Shown here in pieces: positions 12,081 through 24,128 of a stretch of 64,000 nucleotides of DNA. Source of the stretch: Tubulanus polymorphus (Eukaryota > Animalia > Nemertea); NCBI RefSeq assembly GCF_964204645.1, contig NC_134025.1, forward strand, positions 28,686,299-28,750,298, written 5' to 3'. Position 1 is the first letter of the stretch. The number at the start of each line of letters is the position of its first letter. The position numbers and the translations under genes are program-made. Under the pieces are notes generated by a model. The model saw only the letters and a list, made by a program, of their open reading frames with translations. It was not told the DNA's origin and ran no database searches.

Positions 12081-13527
12081 ATGGCGAATAAATATATCTT
12101 GTTAATTTTCATATCTGCCGTTGCGGTTTTACCAGTTGTTTTTAGCGGCAGTAGATCGCAAATGTATAAACGTCTTAGAAGCGCTGGATTCAGTGATTCT
12201 GACGTTATCCGTGAATTAAGAGTAAATTCGTTGATAAGTTGTGGAGCTAAGTGTTTAGAATCCGGTTGTTATGGATTCTCAATGAATTTCGGGAATTGTC
12301 AACTTTACAAAGGAAAAAAGATATCTGTTGGATTTAACACGTTACTTAAGTACTACATGGTTAGTAATCAACTTTTTATATCATTATTAAACATCATAAG
12401 CTTTTGAAAAATGTGATACATAATGGAGGAAACACTTTTTACACTTCTTACATCCGGAATAGCACATTTTACTATACAGCTAATCGTGTCCTATAAGCTT
12501 CTGAAAATTTAGAGATGCTTTCAACATGATTTGCTTTACCAATAAAATTTACAACAAGGAATCATTATTTCAACAATATTTGTACAATATATATGGCTGG
12601 ATATACTAGAAGCCAAATTGGCTGTGAGCCCCTGAGGGGAACAGTATACCAGATCATAAGATCAATGAATAAGATCAATAAATTTCGAGGAGGAACGATA
12701 CAAAAAGGACTTTCTTTTATATCATAAAGGTTTTTACGGCTAAGACGTTTGGTGTACGTAAATTAAGACGATTTTGTTTCCTGAAGATTACAAGTCAGTT
12801 CCCCAGTTCTTGCTTGAAATCTGACCCTGAACTAAGATATTGGGAACTAGTTTCAACTCTAGAGTAAACTGGGTATTGATCCGACAACAATGGAACTGGG
12901 TATTGATTCACAGAATGGAGGATATATATTTTATTTAGAGTTATATTTCATTATGTTCGGTTTCAGATAGTTGTTGAGTTGGCTTATTATCCATACTATG
13001 AGCCAATATCAGAAAACCGATTTTTGCCATCAAAAGCAGCTGAAGCATGTTCACAAAGACATCCATTCGGACAGTTAGCAAGTGCATTGAATATGGATGA
13101 ATATGGAAAAATGATCGATTCAGTCAAGACGCTGATGCAGGGTAAATCAACAGGTAAATCTACACACATATCAATCTACATATATTATATATCACTTCGT
13201 TTGGACATGAGTAAGTATATTCTAAATTGCATTTTAGGCGCATCATTTTGGGTCAATGCGTATTCCAATGATAAATCCGGGAAACAGTATCAGCGATGGT
13301 TAAATGGAACGGGTCCATTGGTCGACAGAAGTCTGTGGCAAGATCCACAATCACCACCTGAAGGGAAATGTGTTTATCTGCACTATAGACCGAGTAATGC
13401 GGCAGTTCATGGGCTGCTTGTAGACGAGGAGTGCGATCTGTTCCATTGGAATCCACTCTGTGAAACTCGTCCACCTACATCTAACACGGAGAATGTTTAT
13501 ACTGGAAATGGACCCGCTACGGTCTAA
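12081..13527 (+). CDS. Secreted PAN/apple-like + C-type lectin-like domain protein, copy 1; exons 12081-12359, 12967-13153, 13238-13527 (about 251 aa)
   Basis: Signal peptide; [27 protein letters not shown] (PAN-type CxxxC...C.GF...C.L); AAEAC...GQLAS, FWVNA, RWLNG, CVYL, PLCE (CTLD); GT-AG splices in phase. Confidence 0.88.
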
Positions 13528-14423
13528 CAACGGTAACGATTTGAATGTTCGAACTCTCGATTCCAATCAGTGGGGCTCTCTCGTGAACATCATAAATTAC
13601 AATACATTTTCAATTATACTCGATTTCATTTGGATAGCTGAGAGTTCACCCTGCCCGCCACATCTTTATTTCCTTCCATACAATAATCAACAATTTCACC
13701 AGATGGCGCTTCAGTAGATTACATTTGTTACGCATAACGATGAAGTGATAGTTGTTGAATTATTTGATATGGCGCCTGATTCGAATGAGAAAACCGATAT
13801 GTCATACTTGAATTATCCAACCGTTGGTCCTTCATTTTTTCGATGACCCGGATTAGTTAAAATGAAAATGACTGACATCTATGTAGCTCAAGTATTCGCT
13901 GCATAGAATCATCCCCTGGTATCAGAAGAGGGTTGTTTTTGTATATGTTTTTATTCCGAAATCGTGAAGCTGACGTGAAAATACTGCACCGTCGAAATTT
14001 GATAACTGAAATGCTGGTTCAGCAAGTTTGTATAGATTGCATGTCTGTATTGAAATAAAAGAAGAAACGTTATTTTTAGTCTTTGGTCTCATATTGAATT
14101 TTAAATCAATAATAGAAATAAATAGTGAAACGTTGAAGGCTGCAATTATTTCTAATTGGCTTCTGAGACGGTCATTATCGGCTTTCGTATTAGCTTTAAC
14201 CGAGTTTCAGTGTGTTATACGAGTGATTTGTAAAAATTTTTCTGTCAGGCAATGAAAGGAGATGAATAGCGATTATCGGTAAACACTTGAATCATGTCAC
14301 TTGTTTCTATCAGGTAGAGCTTTTCGTCATCGCTTTATTCTGTCAAAAACCATCGGTTAACGTTTCAACGTTCATACGTCCAAGGAAATAACTCCGGTCC
14401 TTTTCAACTGCGGTAAGAAAAAG

Positions 14424-15384
14424 ATGATGAAAAGATATATCTTGTCTATTTTGATATGCACCGCTGTGGTTTTACCATTTGTTTTGGGTGAAAGTGAATC
14501 GCAAATGTACAAACGTTTAACGAATCACGGATTTAATGATTCTGATATTATCGATGAAATGAGAGCAGATTCGGCGATTGATTGTGGAGCTAAGTGTTTA
14601 GAATCCGGTTGTTATGGATTCTCAATGAATTCATCTGATTTCGGGAATTGTCGACTTTACAAAGGAAAATCGATTTCTGTTGGATATGACACGTCACGTG
14701 TTTATTACATGGTAAGTTGTAAAAAGTTTTTCAGGGCATCACGAGAATTTAATTTTGTGATTTGGACCACGGTTTGACAATGCGCAATATTTTGCAGACA
14801 TATCGAACAGCCATTCGTATAAGAAAATATATGTGCGTTAAACAAAAAAATTGTTAACAAAATGAAGGATATCTATGGTTTCAGATAGTTGTTGAGTTGG
14901 CGTATTATCCATATGTTGAGACAGCTTTAGAAAAACGATTTTGGCCATTCAAAGCAGCTGAAGCATGTGCACAAAGACATCCATTTGGACAATTAGCAAG
15001 TGCATTGAACATGGATGAATATACAAAGATGATTGATTCTGTCAAGACGCTGATGCAGGGTAAATCTACAGGTAAACCTACATACAAATCAATCTACTAC
15101 TGTCACGGTGTTTGAACAGGAATAAGTACATTCTAAATTGCATTTTAGGCGCATCATTTTGGGTCAATGCGTATCCCAATGATAAATCCGGGAAACAGTT
15201 CCAACGATGGTTAAATGGAACGGGTCCATTGGTCGACAGAAGTCTGTGGTACGATCCAGTATCACTACCTGAAGGGAAATGTGTTTATCTGTACTACAAT
15301 CCTGTTAATACGGCGTATAATGGATTGTCTGACGAATACTGTCTTGGTTTTCATTTCAATCCGCTTTGCGAAACTCGTCCATAG
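14424..15384 (+). CDS. Secreted PAN/apple-like + C-type lectin-like protein, copy 2; exons 14424-14711, 14885-15071, 15149-15384 (about 236 aa)
   Basis: Same exon structure, phases and motifs as copy 1; ends CETRP-TAG. Confidence 0.88.
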
Positions 15385-15579
15385 AATATATAACACAAAT
15401 AATGCGAAAACGTATCTATATTCCAGATAGAATGTTTCACTTGTTTTTTAATATTTAACACTATTTCATAGAAATAGAGCACGTTCTATATCGTAATGTA
15501 ATGTTATAGCAACTAAATATCTAAGTTTATAAGTTAAGTTGGACTCTAGAATTAAGAAGTCTTATTCGAATAATTGCAC

Positions 15580-15840
15580 TGCCCTGCCTTGATCCAAGGT
15601 TCATATCATGGTTAATCTATATAAGACTATTCTATTCACTATTACATTGACAACATTTTGTGTAACCACATTATCTAATATATTACGTGTAAATGTATCT
15701 CCACAAGATGTCTCAAAATATTCTTATCGGATTTTTTCAGTCGAATTGTCATCCATTTTTGTACTATTTTCTCTGAGTTTTTCCTCGGCGTTGCGAATGG
15801 ATTTTCCTGGAAAAAATCGCTTAGTTTGTTGTCGCTTTCG
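15580..15840 (-). pseudogene. Degraded 3' fragment of the neighbouring carbohydrate sulfotransferase (last codons and 3' flank)
   Basis: Encodes QENPFATPRKNSEKIVQKWMT..KKSDK versus QEKAFGTMRKNSNETAYKWMKTMNESDK of the intact gene, then frameshifts. DNA cttgatccaaggttcatatcatggttaatct matches cttgatccaggttcttaacatggtaaaatct at about 17324. Confidence 0.8.
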
Positions 15841-16059
15841 ACGAACGCACGTGATAATAAGCGCTGATTTCGATAGGATGACGAGTTCTGTTGCTTCATT
15901 GTTTGTTTCTATTAAGCTCCTCTAAGATAGAGTTCTTTTTTTGTCGCGTTTATGTCGTTTATCAATAACAACCGGCAATTTACATTTTCTTAGTCCTAGA
16001 AAATATCACCCCGAGCAGCTGCAGTCGTCCTCAACTGTGATCTAGAATTCCACCATAAA

Positions 16060-16952
16060 ATGAACATGAATAGATATATTTTGTTTGTTTTCATATCTGC
16101 TGCTGTAGTTCTGCCAGTTGTTTTGGGGGAAAATAGATCGCAAATATACAAACTTTTAACGAAACACGGATTTAATGATTCTGACATAATCGATGAAATC
16201 AGAGTAGATTCGGTGTTTAATTGCGGAGCTAAGTGTTTAGAATCCGGTTGTAATGGATTCTCAATGAATTCATCTGATTTCGGGAATTGTCGACTTTACA
16301 AAGGGAAGACGATATATGTTGGATCCAACGCGTCACTTGTTTATTACATGGTAAGGGCACAATATCTTAAAAGAATGTCGGATAGAATTTATGAGAATGT
16401 AGTGTTAAACCATTTTGATTGGTATCAGAATGAGGGACATTTTATGGTTTCAGAGAGTTGTTGAGTTGGCTTATTATCCATATGTTGAGTTAAATCCAAA
16501 AAAACGACTTTGGCCGCCACAAGCAGCTGAAGCATGTTCAAAAAAACATCCATTTGGGAAGTTAGCAAGTGCATTGAATATGGATGAATATGAAAAGATG
16601 ATCGATTCTGTCAAGACGCTGATGCAGGGTAAATCTATAGGTAAATCTACAATACACATTAATCTACTACTCTCACGGTGTTTGGACAGAAATAAGTATT
16701 CTAAATTAAATTTTAGTTGCAGACTTTTGGGTCAATGCGTATTCTAATGATAAATCTGGGAAAAAGCATCAGCGATGGTTTAATGGAACGGGTCCGTTGG
16801 TCGACAGACGTCTGTGGAAGAATCCAGAATCATCACCCGAAGGGAAATGTGTTTATCTGTACTACAATCCTCGTAGTATTCCGGCGTATGGATTGAATGA
16901 CGAACATTGTTCCCAACTTCATTTCAATCCGCTTTGCGAAACTCGTCCATAG
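16060..16952 (+). CDS. Secreted PAN/apple-like + C-type lectin-like protein, copy 3; exons 16060-16350, 16454-16640, 16717-16952 (about 237 aa)
   Basis: Same structure as copies 1 and 2. Exon 3 (not in the ORF track) reads [23 protein letters not shown]...[34 protein letters not shown]. Confidence 0.88.
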
Positions 16953-16957
16953 GAAAC

Positions 16958-17178
<221 letters not shown>

Positions 17179-17377
17179 AGCACCGGTCTTTTGTTTACAA
17201 ACCTACGTCATATTCTGGATAGATAGTTCATAGGAAACTTTAGAGGAAATCATAGAAATTCATAGGAAATTAACCTAAACGGAATTAATTTTCACTCTTG
17301 AATCGAAATTAAAACTGTGCAACTTGATCCAGGTTCTTAACATGGTAAAATCTAAATTATATATATTCAATGTTTTG

Positions 17378-18944
17378 TCAATATTTTCTGTAATAACCAA
17401 GTCTATCTAATGTATCTCCGCAAAGTGACTCTAAATATTCTTTATCAGATTCATTCATAGTTTTCATCCACTTGTACGCCGTTTCATTCGAGTTTTTCCT
17501 CATCGTTCCGAACGCCTTTTCCTGTGACAAATCATTTGAATTTGTTGCTGTTTTCAACCATTCTTTTACCGTATATGGTAAAACAAGTCCCAAAAACTGA
17601 TAAATTCTTTGAGCGACATCAACAGGATTCGTCGCCAATCTCTCGTAGGATGTCGTCATCATTCGATGCGGATATTTACGCTTCATTCGTTCAAACTCGA
17701 CAGTATTTTTCAGCATACGATTACAAAGATATTTTGCTTCGTATTTAGTGTCGAACTGTAACAACTGATTGGAAAGTCGAGATTGAATGATGCCTCTTGG
17801 ATCTCTCACCGAGTAAATAATATACCAGTTCGGATCTGACTTTAGAAGCTTTTCCACAAATCCGATATCGAAACGAATCAATTTTAAGACGCGTATTTTC
17901 GATTGTTGGCAGAGTTTTTCGTATGCGGTTAAACAAACCTGAAGTCGTACACTCAGTCGCTTGTTCATACAGTGTCTGTAATGTGTTAGTTGCCACGGCA
18001 CGTCGGAAGTAATACGATCTAGCGGTTCGAGGGCTCTATAACAAATATTACTGCCATATTCACAGTTTTTCTCGATATAACCTCGCCGACATTCAAATAT
18101 TATTTTTTCATGCGATAGCTGCAGACACTGGCGATAGGTTTCGCCTCCATTTTTCGTCATTGCAAAGAAATGATCATTACTAAGTACTTCTATGGGAAGA
18201 TTGCCAAACTTGCAATCGGCTAAATTCTCTATTTGCTTGATAAAACGATCGGTGTGAGACATATTTCTATGTACCTGTCTAAAATTAATAATATCAATTA
18301 TTCATATCGTGTTCGCCTGTTTCGTGAAAGCGTGTAAAGTTTATCGTATTTTACCTCCTGCTTGTCCGTATTGGTGACAGTAACGATGCGAATAATGACA
18401 AGAACATGCCTTGCCCGGGTTCATAATGATAAAACACGTCGGCATTCTGGTTGAATACGTCACCCAGAAATGAAGATCCACCTCGCATGTAAGTAATAAG
18501 CAGGATTTTGATAGGATGGCGAGTTTGGTTTAAGGTTGGCTGATTAACATCACTCTGCCACCAAGCTATATAAAAGAGATCGGAATATTTTCAATTCTAA
18601 AATTGACAGTAGGGTTTTCGTTTAATCTTACAGTACGAGAGATGGCTATAAGTTTTTTTGAGATAATTTGATTCGTTTTTTCTCTTGGGAATTGGTAGAG
18701 TCAAGAGTTTGTTGTCTTGAATAAGGGCCTAATATCAAAATTTTAGAAATGATCACACAACTACAATTTAATTTCGAATGAAAATACGCTGTTTGAACAA
18801 AAGCCCGACGGGAAAACAAAAACTATGAAACATCGCGTTTTGCTATTTCGCTACTTTCGTTAAACTAAAAAAAAATCACTTACCATAAACCGCAAAAGCT
18901 AACAGGATTAACAAAATACATTTCTTTCTTGTAGATTCTCTCAT
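17378..18944 (-). CDS. Golgi carbohydrate sulfotransferase (Gal/GlcNAc-6-O-sulfotransferase, CHST1/3/5-like), about 434 aa; exons 18884-18944, 18788-18822, 18632-18728, 18355-18565, 17378-18278
   Basis: TM anchor CILLILLAFAVYVFVF, 5'-PSB TYMRGGSSFLGDVFNQ...YHYEP, VLKLIR, 3'-PB VRDPRGIIQSR, YERLATNP, CGDTLDRLGY. The small 5' exons are less certain than the catalytic exons. Confidence 0.9.
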
Positions 18945-19764
18945 TTCAAGGATTAAAGAAGAAATGAATTTCATAGGTTGCATATAAGCTGAATATTGTT
19001 ATCAAGATAAGATGATTAAATATAAGATGATTTTCATGCGTCGATTTAATCTGTTAGAGTATGATGTGCGTGCGTAGAATATGAAATTAGTTGAATTGCG
19101 ACGGTAACAACTGGAACAAATTCAATAACTAGTATCATCACAGAGTATCATTGAATAGGTCATTCGAGGAAATCATTGTAAATATCGTTTGATTCTAAAA
19201 CATTTCCATACTTGTTGTAATTCAAAGATATATCATATATTTGTTCTAGAAAATTCATTGTAATATTTCTACTAAAGAAAACGATCCCTACACTTGTCAA
19301 TGAGTTAAACTGCAACGATAGAATATTGGTAAATATTTAGATAATGCTTAATAAATACTAAGATGATTGTTTTATGTCAATTCTGTTGACCTCTTCTGAA
19401 CACCTCTTAGCAATTTTAAAACACTGAATTAAACCTTACTAAGTTATCGCCGTTATTTGAATAAGCTGGATTTATTGTAATTTGGATAACCATACCGAGC
19501 TGTTAATCCGCCAATACCTGTATATGATTTGATGGGATATCAGATATTGGGTAGTAATGTTACGCAATCCATTCCATACATTGGGTCTTTGACATATTTT
19601 TCTTACTGGTATAGCAGTTAGAAAGGGCACTCGAGAGATGCCTAATTTGGTATATCTTCTGAACGCGAGTATTGGTAACAGATATCGTCATAGTTATGTC
19701 TGCGAGCAATTATCTAATAGTTAACTATATAACTAGAATTAGATAATTGCTCGTAGGTTATGTA

Positions 19765-20262
19765 CACTGTAGAGTTCGATGTTCGAACCACCGCTTACCT
19801 ATCGAAACTGGGAGGTATAACCGTGTCTCACGTGCCGACAGACTTTGCACAAAATGTAATATGCGAGTTGTTTGTGACGAATTTCGCTTGATATCAGTTT
19901 GCCCATTCTTTGCCAATTTCCGTCGATACCTTTTCAGCTTATACTTTGTAGATAACCAACAATTACATAAATTTGTAGATTTGTTTAGATCATCAGATGT
20001 AAAACTCCGAAAGCTTACCTTATTTATACGAAGAGGTCTCAAATATTTTGAATAACATTGCTGTATTATTTTTCTTGTTACACATTAACTGTGGCGTGTA
20101 ATCTTGGATAGATATTAGCCTAGGCTATCATCTATCCAAAATACAACAGAATTTTGTTTCTGATATTGTATCGTATTGACATTCATGTTGTATTTTCTTG
20201 CTCTAAGCAAATGTACTTTTGTGAGCAATAAAAATATATTCTATTCTATTCTATTCTATTCT
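19765..20262 (+). mobile_element. 5'-truncated non-LTR retrotransposon (CR1/L2-group LINE) 3' end
   Basis: The ORF remnant RVRCSNHRLPIETGRY...RLCTKC...DEF...CP is the typical C-terminus of such LINE ORF2 proteins. It is followed by AATAAA and a short tandem tail (ATTCT)n at about 20238-20262. Confidence 0.8.
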
Positions 20263-21173
20263 GAATCAGGTTGAGATCAGTTAAACAAGTAAAACCGTTC
20301 GCAATGAGTGGAGTTGTTAAGGCTCGCTCATCTATCCATTCTAGAAAATAGATTTTGTGTAGTGTTCAGAAGAAGGAGAATTCCGAAAATATACTCACGA
20401 AAGAATTTCAAGCTCTGGAAAAGGTATTGCTATCGGTTAACAACTCGCGCGGGAACTTGTGGCGGTATAAAAACCCAAGGCAGATTTCAAGTCGTACAGT
20501 TTTAAGTTGAAGTTGGATGGTAGGATGGCTAATCCGATTGTGCAAAAAAACCAATGGCAAACAAAGGACAATTTGATGTTGAAGATCGACTAGTCAATTG
20601 AACGTCTGTGACATAAGCCGGAATCCTCATCGACTTTAACATCAATATTGACTTGTCATGGATTTCCTGCACAGGGCTGTATGTTTCTTCATTCTAATCT
20701 TCTATAAGAAACTCGGCCAGGTTTCATTTCTGACCGCTCAGTTTATGTATCATTTTCTTCAGCCATTCAGTCTATCAGCCATTTGCACGATAGGTTTAAT
20801 CCATATATTTCACTGATCACATCTATCGCATATATTTTTTGCAAAGTAATTTTGTATGAAGTGAATGATAAAGTCTGTTCCGTTCCGTTTATTGTGTAAA
20901 AATATATCTGAACACGAATTACTTAAAATGATCATCCAAAAACAGATTGAAAGATTACACAAATTCTCCACAAAAACAGGTTAAAAACGTGCACACGAAA
21001 GGATAAAAGAATAAGACAAATTATACATCGGTAAACTTCATCAAATTGTTCAAGTCCATCTAATCTCCTGTGATAAACGGCTACCACCATAACTTCTACT
21101 TTTGAACTCCGAACTCTCTCAAGAGGTAAAGCAATTAGTGTATCACTATGAATAGAAAATCAAAGCAATAAAT

Positions 21174-24128
21174 CTAATATCTTATATCGAGTTCTAAATA
21201 AGGATTCATCGAGTATTCGCTCTTGTATTTGTGAAATAAGTCTTGCAGGCCTGTCATATATCGAGAGTGTAAAGCTTCAATTTTATCTGGAGACGGGTTG
21301 GTATCCTTGTGCACGTGAATTGGAGCTCCAACTAGAAGACAATTAAAAAAACTTCGAATGAATAATGATTGATCAAATAATAAAACGTATGATATGAAGT
21401 TCGATTAATGTAACCATAACCGTGCATACTTGCCTACAGTAAAACACGGAACCCGATTGGCTAGGAATCCATATTGTCTGCCATGCAACGTAACAGGGGC
21501 TGCGTAACGATGAATCAACTTGTACACAATATCCTGAATACTCCTCCACAATGAGCCTGGTGGATTCGGTATTTGTTGTAAAAGATCCCCATCGCCGAAA
21601 TTCAGCACAGGAACAAGGCTAGCTCTGAAAAATCCATTCAAAACTTTCTAGAAGACTTGATGAACAATTAAAGGGTTTTATGTAGACTTAACATTATGAA
21701 AATATATGGAATAGGTTCCAACGAAAACGTGCATTTCGTATATTCTAACGCACCCGTGTTTTAAGGCCATTTTCACGAAACCTTTCCTCTTCCTTAATGT
21801 TAAGACCATCGTTCCTGGATGCATATCAATAAGTTCATGGCCACCTCCAACCGCTATTACTACAGCATTTCCCGAACCTCGGCGTAATACGTGATCAATT
21901 GAATCCGCCGATGATGAAATGGCACCTTGAAATATGGATATAATAATACATGTATATTTCTAAATATCAAGCCAGACATATTTATCCTTATGGTGTTTCT
22001 CAGACTAAAATCCTTTGGAGAATTAATTGAAGACACAAAATGTCAGGCCGCCATATATTTACAATAACAATTTCTACACGAGTTGAAAACCGCTTCTCTT
22101 CATTATCTTTCGTATAGGCTACGACTGTAACGTAACTATCAATCGCAAATTGGTACCGTAATGCGATAAGTGCAATGTGAAACTCATCGGTGACGAGTTC
22201 CATTTCATTCTTAGGATGTGACTTTGAAGGAAGATATAACCACCATAGTTCTACGACCGGCGACCAAGTTTATATTCACTTCAGGAAGTTTTTAACACGG
22301 AAAAACCACAAGAAATGGCTTGCTCGTTATATTTGAAGAGCAAACAAATTGCAGTAACACCCCCACTCCTTCCCTCCCCCGTCACCAGTAAGGCCCACAT
22401 TCCTCTTTCCCCTCTTGATAAGGATGTACACGTATTTTTTGGTTTTGGCCATTTCTCGCCAAAATTATGTGCTCGAATCTTTTTTTTGGTAAAATATGGA
22501 GCAAATTTGGACATTGAGAAAATTACGCCCAACGCAGATGACGCAAGGAAACACGGAAACAGTCGACGAACGTTTCCCTGTGTCGTACGCGTATGTTTAT
22601 TTTTATTTTACAAAAAGGCGTGCCTCTGTGTCGCCCACCTTTTATCAGATATATTTCGTTTACTTATAACGTGTATGTGGAACTTGATACTTACTTAGTT
22701 ACTATCGCGGCATAGTTTTGATTTATTTTCGTGCATGCAGTCCACTTGTTGGACTTTGATATTTACGTTAGAAGTGATAATGATGTTTACTGCCGTACTG
22801 ACCACAATTGCTATTATTGACAACATACGCCTATCGTTGGATCGGTTGAATTCCATTTATATGAATCATATATTATCTCTGTTTATTTCTCCTGATCACG
22901 CTTAATTGTTAAGTGGTGGATCTGTATGCATTTTTTTTCGTGTGTCTACGTCTTGTTCCTGCAACGATAAGTCGCTAGTGTCATCCGCGTAATTTGAATG
23001 TCTTCCAGGTTTTCATCCCACTGATAATTGCGTGTCTAAAGGGAAGAGTATCATGTTTTATAATATATGGTTACTACTCATGTTTGGATCTATAATCGAT
23101 AAGTGGTTTTTTTCCCTCTCGTCAATATCGTTTCTTTTTTTTCGTTGGTATAGTTTAGTTTTAAGATTCGAGGACGAATCAAGCGAAGGTGCGGCATATG
23201 ATACAGAGGACGTCATTATACATCATATTATTTAAAATGTATTATGTAACACATATCTATATTGTAATTCTTTTAAAACCAACTTTATCCTTATCATTTC
23301 AATCCCGACCTTATACACTTCACTCGGCGCCGGTCATTTGAACTTTGTTCTACTGACGTCTAGCCATTGTCTAGTGGAGCAATATAAGGTCATGTCATTC
23401 TATTCCTCTCTCTCTCTCTCTCTCTTGCGCTTCGCTCTCTTGCGCTGTTCTCTTCGCTCTCTTTCCTCTTTGGCTCTCGTCTCGACAATAAATTTAATTA
23501 TTTGAATATCTTTTGTGTTTGGTGAATATTCTGAGCTAATTCCAGGTATCACGAGAAATGTGGTTCGAGACAAAAACGTTCCCGACATCAAATATGTTTG
23601 ATTCCGTGATTCTGTGCGTTATAGGCCATGAAGCGTCACTAAGATAATAGATAAACACTTACCACTGAGGCTGAAAAAATGCTTTAATACAGGGAATCTG
23701 AATAGAGATTCCATCACAACCATGTGCGGCTTCAAACCAGGAAATTTAGAGCTGAATCCAGTTGCGTCTGATAGTATTGTACTCAGTAAAGAGACATTAC
23801 CATGAGGATGTACACAAAATATATAATTATTTTTCGGATCGATGTCTGTATCTTTAATCATTCGAATCGGTAACAAATTTGCGATCCATCTTCCTAACGG
23901 ATTCCAGCGTCGAAATCGCTCGGATCGGCGACCGCCGCGACCAGCGACTACAGAATCGCAATACAGCCATATCGCTATCGCTACGGATAAATACCAATAT
24001 TCAGTTACGAACAGACGGACAAGACAAAATACAGTGACACCAATTATGAGCGAAACTAGTGGGATGTAGAAAGAAATGAAAATCCAGGCGAAGATTTCCC
24101 CAGGTCCGAGCGCCATTGAAGTCTTCAT
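21174..24128 (-). CDS. DGAT2/MOGAT-family (diacylglycerol/2-acylglycerol O-acyltransferase), about 328 aa; exons 23663-24128, 21754-21925, 21434-21624, 21174-21331
   Basis: Two N-terminal TM segments, GGRRS..FRRW, NYIFCVHPHG, AVVIAVGGGHE, RKGFVKMALKHGASLVPV.NFG, TVVGAPI, IEALHSRY. Intron 3 is GC-AG. Confidence 0.92.
22523..23626. mobile_element. Degraded Harbinger/PIF-like element ends in MOGAT intron 1, related to the inner MITE at 25431-25607
   Basis: ttacgcccaacgcagatgacgcaaggaaacacggaaac (22523) resembles ttaagcccaaccacacgacgcagggaaacacagaaac (25430). 23570-23610 is the reverse complement of ggaatcaaacatgtttgatctcggaaacgttt (about 25471). Confidence 0.5.
23405..23482 (+). repeat. CT-rich low-complexity/microsatellite tract
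   Basis: cctctctctctctctctctcttgcgcttcgctctc... Confidence 0.8.

Noticed and set aside
22700-23230. Possible decayed MADF/Myb-like gene of a Harbinger element in the MOGAT intron
   Set aside because: Only vague similarity with many stops; cannot be supported without a BLASTX/HMM search.
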